The notes under the pieces were generated by a model. The model was given only the letters and a program-made list of their open reading frames with translations, was not told the origin of the DNA and did no database searches. From the human T2T-CHM13v2.0 reference genome, Homo sapiens, in assembly GCF_009914755.1 (NCBI RefSeq), contig NC_060947.1: a stretch of DNA of 64,000 nucleotides; one strand, given 5' to 3'. Of the stretch, positions 24,932 through 42,080 are shown in pieces. A program made the translations under genes and the position numbers. The number at the start of each line of letters is the position of its first letter. The stretch's first letter is position 1.

Positions 24932-27900
24932 ATCTTGCAAATTCTAGGAAGGCCCTAGATTATCCTGCTTGGACCTCACTGAAGGAACTGATTTGCAAAT
25001 TCTTTGTCAAGATCCCCGTCTTTCAATGAATCATTTTCATACAAGAAGGACAGAAAATATAGTCTAAGCAGAAAGCACTATGCCATTCTGAACTCCTTTT
25101 ATCTGGCAATACAATAATTCTGAAAAATTACTGAGTTATATCAACCGTAATAAAAATCCATTTCTAAACTTTCAGCAGTATCAAGTAGTATGAATAAACA
25201 CTTAAAAAATATATATATATAATGCAAACCTAAAATAATCATACTAAGTGAATCCTATTTTTAAAAGGAAATGAAAACACTTATATAGAAAGTAGAGCTA
25301 TATCAAAAATAAATTGGATAGATTCACAGGGTGACAGCTCATAGGACATTTTCAGGAATAATATAGTACTTGCATGCTCTCAGATTCCTGCAAAATAAAT
25401 CTCAGGATTTTCCAATCAGCCCACAGGCAATTAGACCCTTGCTTGCCTACCCACAAGCATATTCCAGCCAGGCCTTTCTCTACCAATTTTCATATTCTGT
25501 GAATGAATTATGAATAAAATTTCCAAATTCCACCAAGCCGACTATCAGTGTGTATCACCATCCCCTATTTTTGGGCAATAGTGTCAGAAGATACTTTTAT
25601 GAGTTTTAAAGATTTTGCAATTTAAATGAGCTTTTTGAAGGACCCATTATTTTATGAGTAAGAACTACTGATAAATAAATATATTTGCAATGCCAGTAAC
25701 AAACATAGTCTATAGTTTTATTACCACATGACTGCAGGCTAAAGTTTAGGTGCTAAGCTGTGCTAAGCTGTTTCTGGTTTCATATCTCTCTGAGAGCTTT
25801 TAAAATATAGAGTATGCCCCCTTGCAGCTTGCCTTGCCTTTTTAAATTAATAATTTAACTTACATTTATTATTATCTCATTATTACTTATCTCTTTCATT
25901 AAGGAATCATTACAGCATTAGAGTTTATAGCTACAGGCAAGGGAAATATAAGTATTAACAAGTAGCTTTACTTTATACAGACATAGCTGTGATTTGCAAG
26001 CTGACCCAGAAGCAATGTGGATTTTTGTGTCATTGGAAATAATTTTATTAAAAAAAATTAAAATAGAAGAAAACATTTTAATTATTCCTTGGAATAATTC
26101 GTATCCTGCAGATTTTTTTCCTGCTCGGTAATGAATGTATAATATTAAGATTGAATATATAAATAATTTTCATAATTCAAGAGAAGACAAATATAACTAC
26201 CTGAGACATTTAATTATGAATGTGATTCTGTTACGGTATTTAAAGTAATATACATTAATACTAACGAAAATCTTGAGAATTCATTCTTTAAATACTCATT
26301 TCTGTATTTTATGTAAATTGTACTACTCCAATATTGTGGCCTAAAATATACTATTTCATTGGGGAAAAATGGTAAATTATAAGATACATGGTTTCTTTTT
26401 TGGCAAACTATTTTTGAATGTTTATTTTTCTGACATTACTAATCTGTTTAATTTTAGAATCTATAATTCGAATTATAGGGTATTTTTATTATTTTTGACA
26501 GAGCATTATAGTCCACTGACAAATTTTGTAAATTCCATTTTATGTTAGAATATTTTGGATGCTAAAACTTAAGTGTTCTACATAGTAATCATTAGCGATA
26601 ACTAGTATTTAAAATGCATGTTACTAGTAAACCAAATTATATTAATTTTATGTATTATTGGTACATGTATCTTGCAATCCGCGCACCCCCCTCCAAATTT
26701 CCATTCATCTCCAAAAATATATTGTATCTATTTATGGTGTTTTACAGTTTTTTATTTATAATATTAATTCTATCAAAATATAACTTAAGGATTTATTTGC
26801 AAATATTCAAAAGCAGAAAGATATTCAAGAAAAAAAGTATTAAGTCTTGATAAACTTTACTTTGAAAAAAATGAATTGATAAATTATATATGAGGCCACA
26901 TACCTCAAAATATCATAGTACTTTGTCATCAAATTCCATAATTTGATGGGTTCATGCTTATCTTAGTTGTATCTAAGTTATCTTATGACATGAAATGTAA
27001 AAATAACATAGTCCAAAGTTTTGTTACCATAGTTATAATTACTTGTTTTATGTTTTATATAAATTAAATGGTTGTGTTTGAGTTTATTATAGAGCACTCA
27101 GGGCACAGATAAATTGGAATATTAGGACAACATTTAGTGTATTCCTTAATATAGATCTAGCATTTGTCTTAATATAAATAATCTCTCTTACATTAGATGT
27201 AATAAATAATAAGGTGAAAATGTAAAAGCTGCTTTTTTATATAGGTTACTATTCATAGAGATTTTATGGCAAGCTAAACCAGAAGAGATACACGTACATA
27301 CACACACATATGCATGTATGTATTCATTAAAATGTCCGAAAATTGTATTAAACCCACACAGGTGAAAAATGAGTGCTTTACCACACAGCTCATTGAAGAG
27401 TTGGTATTTTGGAGATTCAATTTTATTATATGTGTATAGACACATTTAAGTATATACCAATATGCAATAAATGTAGTTCTTATTGGCGAAAATATAAAGA
27501 TCTTATGAGGTATTGGTTGTATTTAAGCGGTACTCTGTGGTATTTCAAATATTTTCTTTATCAGTTCTCAAACCAATTTTGCCACTCAATTTGATAGTAT
27601 TATAGATAGAGAATAAGGTGCATTTCAAACTATTTTGCATGTGTGTATATATATTAAATACAAATATAATTTATGCATATAACTAATAGTGTGAAAAATA
27701 ATGAGAGAAAAAGATATAGGAGCTAGTCTATATATAATTTTCAGGTTTGGCTTGGTATTATTTTAGTATGGCTGTCTATATTAGTCTTTTCATAATTTTT
27801 TGAAATGTGCTTTATTACTAAGTGGAAGATTACTAAGAAATAGCAGAAAGCCTAATATTTCAATTCAAAACAAAACGGTATTCAAATAAATGGTTCAGTC

Positions 27901-28892
27901 TCCAGTTAATATGATTTGGGTACTAATATCTTAATAATCACCCTATGTCTAAGTGTCAGTTGGGGAATATACAAATTATTTGACAATGACAGAGCCACAG
28001 TATTAGTTGGACTCATTGTAGCCATCTTAAAAAAGTAAGCATTTTAAAACAAAGTCATATTTCTTTTCTTTCTACAGTCTTAATTTTCCCCTACTTTGAG
28101 CTACTATTTGGAATGTTGCCTTAAGGCTATATCACTGCTGCAGAAGAATGGGTGGGACTTTGCTAGAAGACTGTTAATGCTGTTTCTAATTGGCAGTAGG
28201 AGTCTGAATCAGGCCCTCCTCACCTGAGGGTTCAATGCATTCCTTTTGCAAAATTTGTGACTCCATGTGCCCAGACAATTGGACAGTAGCCTTGGTAATC
28301 AGACAGTATTCAGTATCGGCTTGTTAAACAGAAATAAATTGAGGACTTTAAAAATTTTAGGGAGAAAGATAGAAGACTGTCCAATATACGTATTCAAAAT
28401 ACTCACAACTCAAAATTTAGAAGCATGTTCCTGATTATAATATTGCCTTCATCCAAAAACGTATGTAATTTGGGGAAAACAGCATCAGTAAACATTTTGT
28501 CTTATACTACCCAAAACAAAAGTGTCTTTTAAACCTGTACCCTCAGACAAAAATAAGGAAAAAAAGAATAAAAATATAAACAAAACCTTTGAGATGCTTA
28601 GGACTACATAAAGTGACCCAACATTCAAATTATCAAAATTTCTGATAGGACAGATCAACGAGTTTAGAAAACATATTTAAAGAAATAAATCCTGAAAATA
28701 TCCCAAGTCTAGCAAGAGAGTTAGATATCCAGATATATGAGACCCAGTGATTCCCAGCCAAATACATTCCACAAAAGACTGCAACACTGCATATTATAAC
28801 TAGAATGCCTAAAGTCAAAGTGAAAAAAAAGAATTGCAAAATCAGATAGAGAAAAGTGTCTCATCACCTATAAAGGAAATGCCATTAAGCTA

Positions 28893-29293
28893 TGATATGG
28901 TTTTGCTCTATGTCCCCATGCAAATCTCATGTTGAATTGTGATCCCAAGTGTTGGAGGTGGGGCCTAGTGGGAGGTGATTGTATCATGGGGTAGTTTCTA
29001 ATGGTTTAGCACCATCCCCCAAGTGCTATGTTGTGATAGAGTTCTCATGAAATCTGGTTGTTTGAAGCGTGTAGCACCTCTGCCTTCTCTTCTCTCTTTC
29101 TTCCTCCTGCGCCCACCATGTAAGATGTTCTGGCTTCCTGGTCACCTTCCACCATGATTGTAAGTGTCCTGAAGCCTCGCCAGCCATGCCTCCTATACAG
29201 CCTGTGGAACTGTGAATCAGTTAAACCTATTTTCTTTATAAATTACCCAATCTTAGGTAGTTCTTTATTGCAATGTGAGAACATACTAATACA
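28893..29293 (+). mobile_element. MSTA solo LTR inside L1 ORF1
   Basis: tgatatggttttgctctatgtcccc...ctaataca termini; 401 bp. Confidence 0.92.
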
Positions 29294-29362
29294 GACAACA
29301 ATGGATTTTTAGCTGAATCTTCACAGGCCATAAAAGGATTGAATGACATTTTCAAGGTATAG

Positions 29363-29393
<31 letters not shown>

Positions 29394-30652
29394 TTTTGGT
29401 CACAAAATTTATATCCAGCAAGAATAAGCTTCATAAATGAAGGCAAAATAAAGTCTTTCCCAAATAAGCAAATGCTGAGGGAACTATTCACCAACAAACC
29501 AGCCCTATAGGACATTCTCAAAGGAGTCTTAAACATGGAAATGAAAGGCCAATATTCATCATGATGAAAACATATGAACAAGGAAGATAAGTGAATCAGA
29601 TGTCAATATGGGAGAATTTCCCCAAACCACAGAGAAAAAAAGGATCTATGAAACAACTAGAATACAATTAATAATATGACAGAAACAAAACCTTAAATAT
29701 CAATATTAACCTTGAATGTAAATAGATTAAACATTCCATTTAAAAGATGTAGATTAGTAGAATATTTTAAAAAAATCATTCAACTATATGCTGCTTATAA
29801 GAACTAATCTATAAAGACACAACTAGACTGAAAGTAAAGTAGTTGAAAAATATATTCCATGCATGTGGAAACCAAAGAAGAGCAGAAGTAGTTATATTTA
29901 TATCAGATAAAACAGAATTATATTCAAAAACAGTAAAAAACAACAAGGAATGTCATTATATAACAAGGGGATCAATTTAGAAAAAAAATAACAATTTTAA
30001 ATTTATACACACACCACACCAGAGAACCCAGATTTATAAAACAAATGTTACTAGACCTAAAGAGAGAGAGAGAGAGACACCAATTAACAGATGGTAGGGA
30101 AGCTTAATATCCCACTTACAACATTAGACAGATAAGATAGAAAATCAACAAGGCAACATTGAACTTTAATTGGACTTTAGGACAAATGGAACTTACAGAC
30201 ATCTGCAGATCATTCCACCCAAAAACTAAAGAATATATATTCATCTCATTAGCACATAGAGAATTTTCTAAGATAGACCATATTTGTTGAGAAAACAAGT
30301 CTCAACAAACTTTTTAAAAGTAAAATTATATCAAGTATCCTTTATGACCTCAATAGAATAAAACTAGAAATCAATACCGAGAGAAACTTTGGAAATTATA
30401 CAAATATGTGGAAATTAAACAACATGCTCCTGAATGATCATTGGGCCAAGAAAGAAATTAAAATTGAAATGTTAAAAGTTGTTGAAACTAATAAAATTGA
30501 AAACACAACATACCAAAACCTGTGGGATACAAAGTAATCTTCGGAGAGAAGTTTATAGCATTAAATGACTATATTAGCAGAGTAGAAAGATTGCAAATTA
30601 ACAACCTAACATCACCTCTCAAGGAGTGAAGAGTAAGTACAAACCAAACCTA

Positions 30653-30952
<300 letters not shown>

Positions 30953-31749
30953 AAACCAAACCTATAAACAGCAGAAGAAAAGAAAAATTACAGCAGAACT
31001 CAATGAAATTGAAACAAAAATTACAATGATTTAACAAAATGTTTAAAAAAAAAAAAGATAAACAAAATTGATAAACCAGTAGCAATAAAACCCAAGAAGA
31101 CAGAGGATACAAATAAACAAATTTGGAAATTCAAACTCAACTGACATCAAAGAGAAACAAAAGATCACCAGAGACCATCTTGAACAACACACTCAAAAAT
31201 TAGAAAACGTAGAGAAAGTGGATAAATTCTTGAAAACATACAACCTCCTAAGACTGAATCAGGAAGAAATAGAGAACCTCAACAGACCAAAAACAAGTTC
31301 CAAGATTGAATCTGGAATAAAATAGCTCCAAAGAAAGAAAACCTCAGAACCAGACAGGTTCACAGCTAAATTCTACCAAATGTACAAAGAAAAACAAACA
31401 ACAATTCTCTTGAAACTGTTAAAAAAGAAAGAAAAGAAAACAAGGAGGAGAGAATTTTTTCTAACTCATTCTATGAGGCCAGTATGATCCCTGATACCTA
31501 AATCGGACAAGGACACAACAATAAAACAAATCTAAAGACCAATAATCAATGTGTATGATAAACATACACATAAAAATTCTCAACAAAATACTAGAAAAGC
31601 AATTCAACATCATATCAAAAAGATAATACATAATGATAAAGTAGATTTTATGCCAAGGAGGCAAAGATGGTTTAACATAGGCAAATCAATAAATGTGATA
31701 CATCACATTAACAGATTTAAAGACAAAAACTATATCATCATTTCAGTAG

Positions 31750-32080
<331 letters not shown>

Positions 32081-33700
32081 AAAATCCAGCATTTCTTTGT
32101 GATAAAAATTCCTCAACAAACTAAACCGATAAAGAACATATCTCAAAATAATAACAGTCATATATGACAAACCCATTGCCGACATCATACTGTATGGGGA
32201 AGATTTGAAGGCATTTACTTTAAGAACTGGAATAAAACAAGGATGCCTATTTTTACCATTTCTATTCAAGATGACACTGGACGTTCTAGCCAAACCAATC
32301 AGACAATAGGAAGAAATAAAAGGCATCAAAAGTTGAAAACAGGAAGTAAAATTATCCCTATTCGCTAATGATTAGATCTTACACCTGAAAAATGTAAAGA
32401 CCCCACCAGAAAACTGTTAGATTTGATAAATTAATTCACCAAAGTTTCAGGATACAAAATGAAAGTACAAAAATCAGTAGCAGTTTTATACCCCGATAAT
32501 GACCTAGCTGACAACCAAATCAGGAAAGCAACAAAACTTACAATCACTACAAACATAAACAAACAAAATACCTAGGAAAATATTTAACCAATGAGGTGAA
32601 TGGTCTCTACAACAAAAACTACAAATGACTGATGAAAGAAATTATATATGACACAAACAAACAGAAAACTTCCCATTCTCATGGATCAGAATAATTAATA
32701 CCTTTAAAATGACCATACAACCCAAAGCCATTTACAGCTATAATGCAATGCCTATCAAGATGCCAATGCCATTTTTCACATTGTTAGAAAAGCAATCTAT
32801 TCTAAAATGTATATGAGACAAAAAAGAGCGTGAAAAGCCAAAGCAATCCTATGTAAAAATAACAAAGCTGGAAATATCACATTATTTGACTTTAAATTAC
32901 ACTTCAAGGCTATAGTAACAAAACCAGCATTGTGCTTGTATAAAAATAGACACATAGATTAATAGCGCAGAATAGAGAACCTAAAAATATTTAAAACCAC
33001 CTGATATTCTAAAAAACTGTCAAGCACATATGCTGGGGAAATGACACCCTTTTCAATAAATGATGCTTGAAAAATTGGACTGCCAAGTGTAGAATATTAA
33101 AACTGATTACAAAATAAATGTAAGAAGAATGAAAGACTTAAATATAAGAGCTGAAATTATAAAAATACTAAAAGAAAACCTACCGAAAACTCTTCCAAAC
33201 ATTGGTCTAGAAAGAATTTATGAGTAAGATCACAAAAGCACAAGCAACAAAAACAAAAATATATAAACTAAAAATCTTCTGTGCAGCAAAATTAATAATC
33301 AACAGAGTGAACAGACAACCTGCAGAATTGGTTAATTTATTTGCAAACTATGCATCTGACGAGGGACTAATATTCAGAATTTACAAGAAACTTGTAAATT
33401 AACAACAACATTAACAACAACAACACAAAAAACTCCAAATAATCCCATGAAAAAGTGGGCAAAGGAAAAGAAAACACAAAAGTGGCCAACAGGCATATGA
33501 AAAAATGTTCAACATCACCAAATGTCAGAGAAATGCAAATTAAAACTGCAATGAGTTATCATCTGACACCAGTTAGAATGGCGATTATTAAAAAGAAGAA
33601 AAGGAAAAGATGTTGGCAAGCATGTGAATAAAAGGAAACTCTTACATACTGTTGGTGGAAATGTAAACTAGTACAACTTCTATGGAAAACACTGTGGAGA

Positions 33701-33961
33701 TATATTGGGGATGGGACCCAAGTCTAAATATGAAATTTATTTAATGTTTACATACACCCTATATACATAACCTGAAGGTAATTTTATACAATATTTTAAG
33801 TAATTTTGTACATTAAACAAAATTTCGATTCTGATTTGATTGCACCCCATCACATGAGGTTAGGTGTAAACTTTTCCACTTGTGTCATGGTGGCACTCAA
33901 AAAGTTTCAAATTTTATAGCATTTTAGATTTAGATTTTTGGATTGGAATGCTCAAACTGTA
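33701..33961 (+). mobile_element. Tigger4/MER46 (Zombi) right-hand fragment
   Basis: ggggatgggacccaagtctaaa...ctcaaaaagtttcaaatttt...tttggattggaatgctcaaactgta terminal inverted repeat. Confidence 0.8.
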
Positions 33962-34145
33962 ATATACCATATTTCAAAATAGCTAAGATACTAAAATTTA
34001 AATGTCTCACCACAAAAAATAGTAAGTGGGGTGATTAATATGTTAATTAGATTGATTTAGATATTCCACATTATATACATATATCAAAACATGATATTGC
34101 ACCCCAAAATATATACAATTATTATTTGTCAATTTGAAATATATG
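33962..34145 (+). mobile_element. L1MA 3' UTR terminus
   Basis: atatttcaaaatagctaag...atatgttaattagattgatt...tatatcaaaacat...attatttgtcaatt. Confidence 0.7.
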
Positions 34146-34934
34146 AAAACTGTTTTTGTAAGCAAAATGGAGGTTGCTTTAAAAAATGTTTTGACCTATA
34201 AAAATTGTATATATTTAAGGTGTACGATGTAGTATTTTGATAAACATATACATTATGAAGTGACTACCATTTTTAATGATAATGCAAACCATTTCCAATG
34301 AAATAAAATGAAGTTATATGTAAAATTATGAAGCATCAAATATAAATAATAACAATGATAATAACGAACATTTATTGAATTTTATTCTAAGTCAATCTGC
34401 CTGCTAAATATTTTACATGTATAAAATAATGTGGTGGAAATTCAAGATGAAATAAAAATAAAAACAATTAAAGGAGTATAAAACTTTCACAGTCACTCTC
34501 AGTTCTCACCTGATCCAGCAGACAATTAGTAATTATGTTGGTAGAGGTTTTGATCGTATATTAATATAATTTGTTCTAATAGATATATTTAGAATGCTAC
34601 ATCTTATAAACATCCAATACAACAACCTCTCTTCATACCTCTATCAAAAAATATAATAAATGACTCGTTTTATAAATATCTCAAAAGTACAAAAAAGTAG
34701 AATTAAAACATATTATCTTACCACAAAACACAATAACTACAAATAAATAGTAAAAGTGAAACAAATAAGTAAAAATAAAAACATGTGGAAGTAAACTATT
34801 AATCCTTTTCTCACCTGAAATGTTCTTTGAACAAAACAGCCATTGCAGAATTTCCAGAAAAATAAATACTAATTAAGAGCCTGCAATAATTGCATGGTCA
34901 TATTAGTCTCTGCATTTATTTACATATTGGTTTG

Positions 34935-37900
34935 TTTTTATTTTTTATTTTTATTTTTAAAATTTAATTTAATTTAATTTCAATAGTTTTTGGGGAACAG
35001 GTGGCTTTTGGTTACATGAATAAATCCTTTGGTGATGATTTATGAGACTTTGGTGCACCTGTAACCAAAACAATGTACACTGTGCTCAATGTGGTGTCTT
35101 TTATCCCTCACACCCCTGCCACTCTTCCCCCTGCATACCCAAAGTCCATTATATCATTCTTACATCTTTGTGTCATCATAGCTTAGCTTCCACTTATAAG
35201 TGAGACCATACAATATTTGGTTTTCCATTCTGGAGTTACTTCACTTAGAATAATGGTCTCCAACTCCATCCATGTTGCTGTGAATACCATTATTTCATTT
35301 CTTTTGATGCCTGAGTAGTATTCCATGATATATCACATTTTCTTTATCCACTCATTGGTTTATGAGCATTTAGGCTGGTTCCATATTTTTGCAATTGTGA
35401 ATTGTGCAGCAATAAGCATGTGTGTATAAGTGTCTTTTTCATGTAATGACTCCTTTTTCTCTGAGTAGATACGCAGTAGTGGAATTGCTGGATCAGATGA
35501 TAGTTCTACTTTTAGTTCTTTAAAGAATGTCCATGCTATTTTCTATAGTGACTGTACTAGTTTACATTCCCACGAGCAGTGTGAAAGTGTTCCCTTTTCA
35601 CTACATCCACACCAACATCTACTGTTTTTTGATTTTTTAATTATGGCAATTCTTGCAGGAGTAAGGTGCTATCTCATTGTGGTTTTAATTTACATTTCCC
35701 TGATAATTAGTGGTGTTGAGTGTTTTTTCATATATTTGTTGGACATTTGTATATCTCCTTTTGAAAATTGTCTATTCATGTCCTTAGCCCACTTTTTGAT
35801 GGGATTGTTTTCTTCTTGCAGATTTGCTTGTGTTCCTTGTCGATTCTGGATATTAATCTTTTTTCAGATGCATAGTTTGTGAATATTTTCCCCCACTCTG
35901 TGGATTGTCTTTTTACTCTTCTGATAATAATTAATAATAATTATTAAATTAATTATTATTATATAATTATTATATAATATAATTATATAATTATTATATA
36001 ATAATATAATTATATAATTATTATATAATAATATAATTATATAATTATTATATAATAATATAATTATATAATTATTATATAATAATATAATTATATAATT
36101 ATATAATAATATAATTATATAATAATATAATTATATAATTATTATATAATAATATAATAATATAATTATTATATAATAATATAATTATATAATTATTATA
36201 TAATAATATAATTATATAATAATATAATTATATAATTATTATATAATAATATAATTATATAATAATATAATTATATTATAATTATATAATATAATCATAT
36301 AATTATATAATAATATAATAATATAATAATTATATAATAATATAATAATATAATAATTATATAATAATATAATAATATAATAATTATATAATAATATAAT
36401 TATATAATTATTATATAATAATATAATAATATAATTATGTTATTATAAATAATTATATAATCATGTTATTATAAATAATTATATAATGTTATTATAAATA
36501 ACTATATAATCATGTTATTATAAATAACTATATAATCATGTTATTATAAATAATTATATAATCATGTTATAAATAATTATATAATCATGTTATTATAAAT
36601 AATTATATAATTATGTTATTATAAATAATTATATAATTATGTTATTATAAATAATTATATAATTATGTTATTATAAATAATTATATAATTATGTTATTAT
36701 AAATAATTATATAATTATGTTATTATAAATAATTATATAATTATGTTATTATAAATAATTATATAATTTTATTATTATAAATAATTATATAATTTTATTA
36801 TTATAAATAATTATATAATTTTATTATTATAAATAATTATATTATTATATAATTATATTATTATAAATAATTATATTATTATATAATTATATTATTATAA
36901 ATAATTATATTATTATATAATTATATTATTATAAATAATTATATTATTATATTATTATATTATTATGAATAGTTATATAATTATATTATTATATTATATT
37001 GTTATTATAAATAATTATCTAATAATATAATATAGTTATATGATTATATATTATATAATATTAATTATATATATTATATATAATATGATTATATATTATA
37101 TAATATTAATTATATATATTATTATATATAATATTATTATATATAATATAATTTTATGATATATAATCATATACAATATTATTATATCTATTATTATATA
37201 GAATATTAATTATATATAATAGTATTGTATATAATATTAATTATATATAATAGTATTGTATATAATATATAATTATATATAATAGCATTGTATATAATAT
37301 ATAATTATATATAATAGTATTGTACATATTTTATATATTTTATATATAATGTATTTTACATATAATATATAATATCTTATATAATATATAATATCTTATA
37401 TAATATATATTATATATAATATATAATATCTTATATAATATATATTATATATAATATATAATATCTTATATAATATATATTATATATAATATATAATATC
37501 TTATATAATATATATTATATATAATATATAATATCTTATATAATATATATTATATATAATATATATTATCTTATAATATATATTATATATAATATATAAT
37601 TTCTTATATAATATATAATATATAATATATTATATATTATATAATATATAATATATAATATATTATATATTATATAATATATATTATATATAATATATAA
37701 TATCATATATAATATATATTACATATAATATATAATATCTTATATAATATATATTACATATAATATATAATATCTTATATAATATATATTATATATTATA
37801 TATTATATCTTATATAATATATATTATATATTATATATTATATCTTATATAATATATATTATATAATATATAATACGTATTATATATTATATATAATATA

Positions 37901-39175
37901 TATAATATATTATATAATATATAATACGTATTATATATATTATATATAATATATATAATATATTATATATAATATATTATATATAATATATATAATATAT
38001 TATATATATAATTATTATTATTATTTTGCTGTGCAGAAGCTCTTAGTTTAATTGGGTCCCATCTGTTTATTTTTGTTTTTGTTGGATTTGTTTTTAGGTT
38101 CTTGGTCATGATATCTTTGCCTAAGCTAATGTCTAGAAGTTTTTCAGATGTTATCTTCTAGAATTTTTATGAGTCTTAGATATGAGTCTTTAATCTAGCT
38201 TGACTTGATTTTTGTATAACGTGAGAGTGGAGGATCCAGCTCATTCTTCTACATGTGGCTTGCCAATTATCCCACCACCCATTTTTTGAATAGGGTGTCC
38301 TTTCCCCACTTTATATTTTGTTTGCTTTGTCAAAGAGCAGTTGGCTGTAAGTATTTGGCTTTATTTCTGGGTTCTCTATTCTGTCCTATTGGTCTACTTG
38401 CCTATTTTTGTACCAGTATCATGCTGTTTTGGTAACTCTAGTGTTGTAGCATGATTTGAAGTCAGATAATGTGATGCCTCCAGATTTGCTCTTTTTGCTT
38501 AGTCTTGCTTTGGCTATATGGCTCTTTTTTGGTTCCATGTGGATTTTAATATATTTTTTTTTAGTTCTATGAAGGATGATTGTATTTTGATGGGAATTGC
38601 ATTATTGAATTTTTAGATTGCTTTTGGCAGTATGGTCATTTTCACAATGTCATTTCTACCCATTCATGAGCATTGGATTTGTTTCCTGTGTCATCAATGA
38701 CTTTTTTCAGCAGTGTTTTGTAGTTTTCCTTGCAGATATCTTTCACCTCCTTGGTTAAGTGTATTCCTAAGTACTTTAGTTGGTTTTTTTTTTTTTTTTT
38801 GCAGCTGTTGTAAAAGGAATTCATTTCTTGATTTGATTCTCAGTTTGATCGTTTTTGGTGTATAGCAGCACTATTGATTTGTGTACATTGATTTTGTATC
38901 CTGAGCTTTTTCCGAATTTGTTTTTCAGTTCTAGGAGCTTTCTGGATGCGTCTTTAGAACTTGCTAGGTATACGATCATATCATCGGTGAACAGTGACAG
39001 TTTAACTTCCTTTTTACCAATTTGGATGCCCTTTATTTATTTCTCTTGTCTGATTGCTCTGGTCAGGACTTCCAGTACTATGTTGAATAGAAATGGTGGA
39101 AGTGGGCATCCTAGTCTTATTCCAGTTCTCAGGGGGAATGCTTTCAACTTTTCCCTGTTCGGTATAATGTTAACT
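34935..39175 (-). mobile_element. L1PB-type LINE-1, 5'-truncated, containing a 2.1-kb AT minisatellite
   Basis: tttggggaacaggtggcttttggttacatg 3' signature; L1 resumes at 38025 (ttttgctgtgcagaagc) and runs to the RT region. Confidence 0.92.
35924..38024. repeat. compound AT-rich minisatellite/VNTR (~2.1 kb)
   Basis: Almost only A/T. Blocks with periods 27 (taattatataattattatataataata, e.g. 36061), 26 (aattatataattatgttattataaat, e.g. 36601) and 35 (ataatatataatatcttatataatatatattatat, e.g. 37381). Confidence 0.97.
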
Positions 39176-40169
39176 ATGAAAATAATTCAAGAAACGATAT
39201 AATTGTTTATGATTACAGAGCAGAAGGTAGATGTTATCAAACCCCAACAATTAAAAATACAGATTTATCATGGGCATTGAAAGAGGGAGAGGAGGACTGA
39301 AGGGTAATATAAGGGCAAAAATATTTTCACTTGTAAAGAGGTTGTATAATGATAATGTACAATATTGGTGGGGCAATGTTATTCTATGAATATGTCAGCA
39401 TTCTTTCTGTTTCCATTAGTATAGTTATACCCAGTCCACCTGCTAACTTCTTTCTTATGTTCTCTTTTTAATTTATCCAATTTGCATTTATGTTTATGTG
39501 TCTATAAACGTGGGATGGATCTGCAACAATAAACACCAAACTACTAATGTGAATAATTACTTGGGTTTAGGTTATGCAATAAAGATTTTCACATGCTACT
39601 ACTATATATATTATATATAATATATATTATCTAGACATATTAGAAATAAGAATATAAAAGCAAAATAAGTAAGTGATGTCACATTGAGTTATTATCTAGA
39701 AGCAAAATAAATACATAAAACAAAATCCTGTTTGATGCCTATCAGAACAAGATAAGGCATTCAAGAGAAGTGAGCTAAGAGTTCAGGAAGAGAAAAAGAC
39801 ACTGCAATGGAAGTTATTTATTTCCAGCCTTAGCTCAGAAAGACATAAAGTAGCCTGAGAACATGGGAGTGTGACAATGGTATGCTACTTGCTTCTCACA
39901 TGAGCCAAATGATTGCAAGACTTGCAGGCAAATAATGACTAGCTGGTGGGAATAGGGAGGAAAGAGGCAATAGGACCAGGTGAGGTCCACACCCGCTTTT
40001 ACCATTTCTGTTGCGTCACTAAAACCGTATCAAGTGGCTAGCTTAGAGTGATTTTAAATGTTTCTTCTTTGTCCACTTTAAGCAGATACAATTCCTCGGT
40101 TTTTGCTTTTATTACTATACTTCATTCTCCTGTTCAGCATTTCCAAGTGTCATACGTGAGAGCTCCGTA

Positions 40170-41394
<1,225 letters not shown>

Positions 41395-41719
41395 GTTCCA
41401 AAGTTTCTATATTTAATTGTTCTGGTGAACAGAGATTATCTTCTACATATTTTCCAGGGCACTTATTTCAACAGGAATCAAATATTAGCCCCCACTGGAA
41501 CTTCAAACATGAATGCTTATTTAAGCCCCAATGTACTTTTAATAGGAATATAAAAGGCAAATATTATTAAACACAGGAAAATCATAAGGTCTAGATGCAT
41601 GTGTTTAGAGACTCGTGGTAATGTTGCTTTATTCTGAGTTTTACTGCAGATCTGAAAGGTGATCTATTGTGGAAAAAAAACACAAAAAACCTGTACCTTT
41701 AGTGGAAAGATCAATGACA

Positions 41720-42080
41720 TGAAGTCAATAAACCCATGTTCTCATTTGTATCATACCCCATGACTTGTGCCTTTGGGTAAGTTACTTAATTTGCACCTCA
41801 GTTTCCAGATCAATAAAATATAGTTGTTGACATGCTATTTTCTAACACATACATCCAGTTCTTTGTCCTGTGGTGGGAAAATGTGAACTTTTGACAAATC
41901 CAGGTTTTAATCCTGATTATATTCCTTATCACCAATCACATTAGACCAATGATTAATATCTTTTATTCTCAGTTTCTTCTCTCTATAAAATGGGAATAAT
42001 ATTATCTGACTTCTAGAATTGTAGAGTTTAATTAGGTAATATATGTAAAGTAAATGGCATAAATTAGGCACTATATATTT
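41720..42080 (+). mobile_element. two adjacent MIR fragments
   Basis: Cores ggtaagttacttaat...cctcagtttcc and ctcagtttcttctctctataaaatgggaataat. Confidence 0.65.

Noticed and set aside
28060-28320. Strong-looking splice acceptor ttcttttctttctacag (ends 28077); also isolated donor GTAAGT at 9575
   Set aside because: No convincing partner site or reading frame; isolated signals are expected by chance in 64 kb.
35924-38024. CRISPR-like repeat array or a single long perfect palindrome (PATRR)
   Set aside because: Units are contiguous with no unique spacers, there are no cas genes and the context is eukaryotic. Left and right halves have different unit types, so no long arm-to-arm symmetry is evident by eye.
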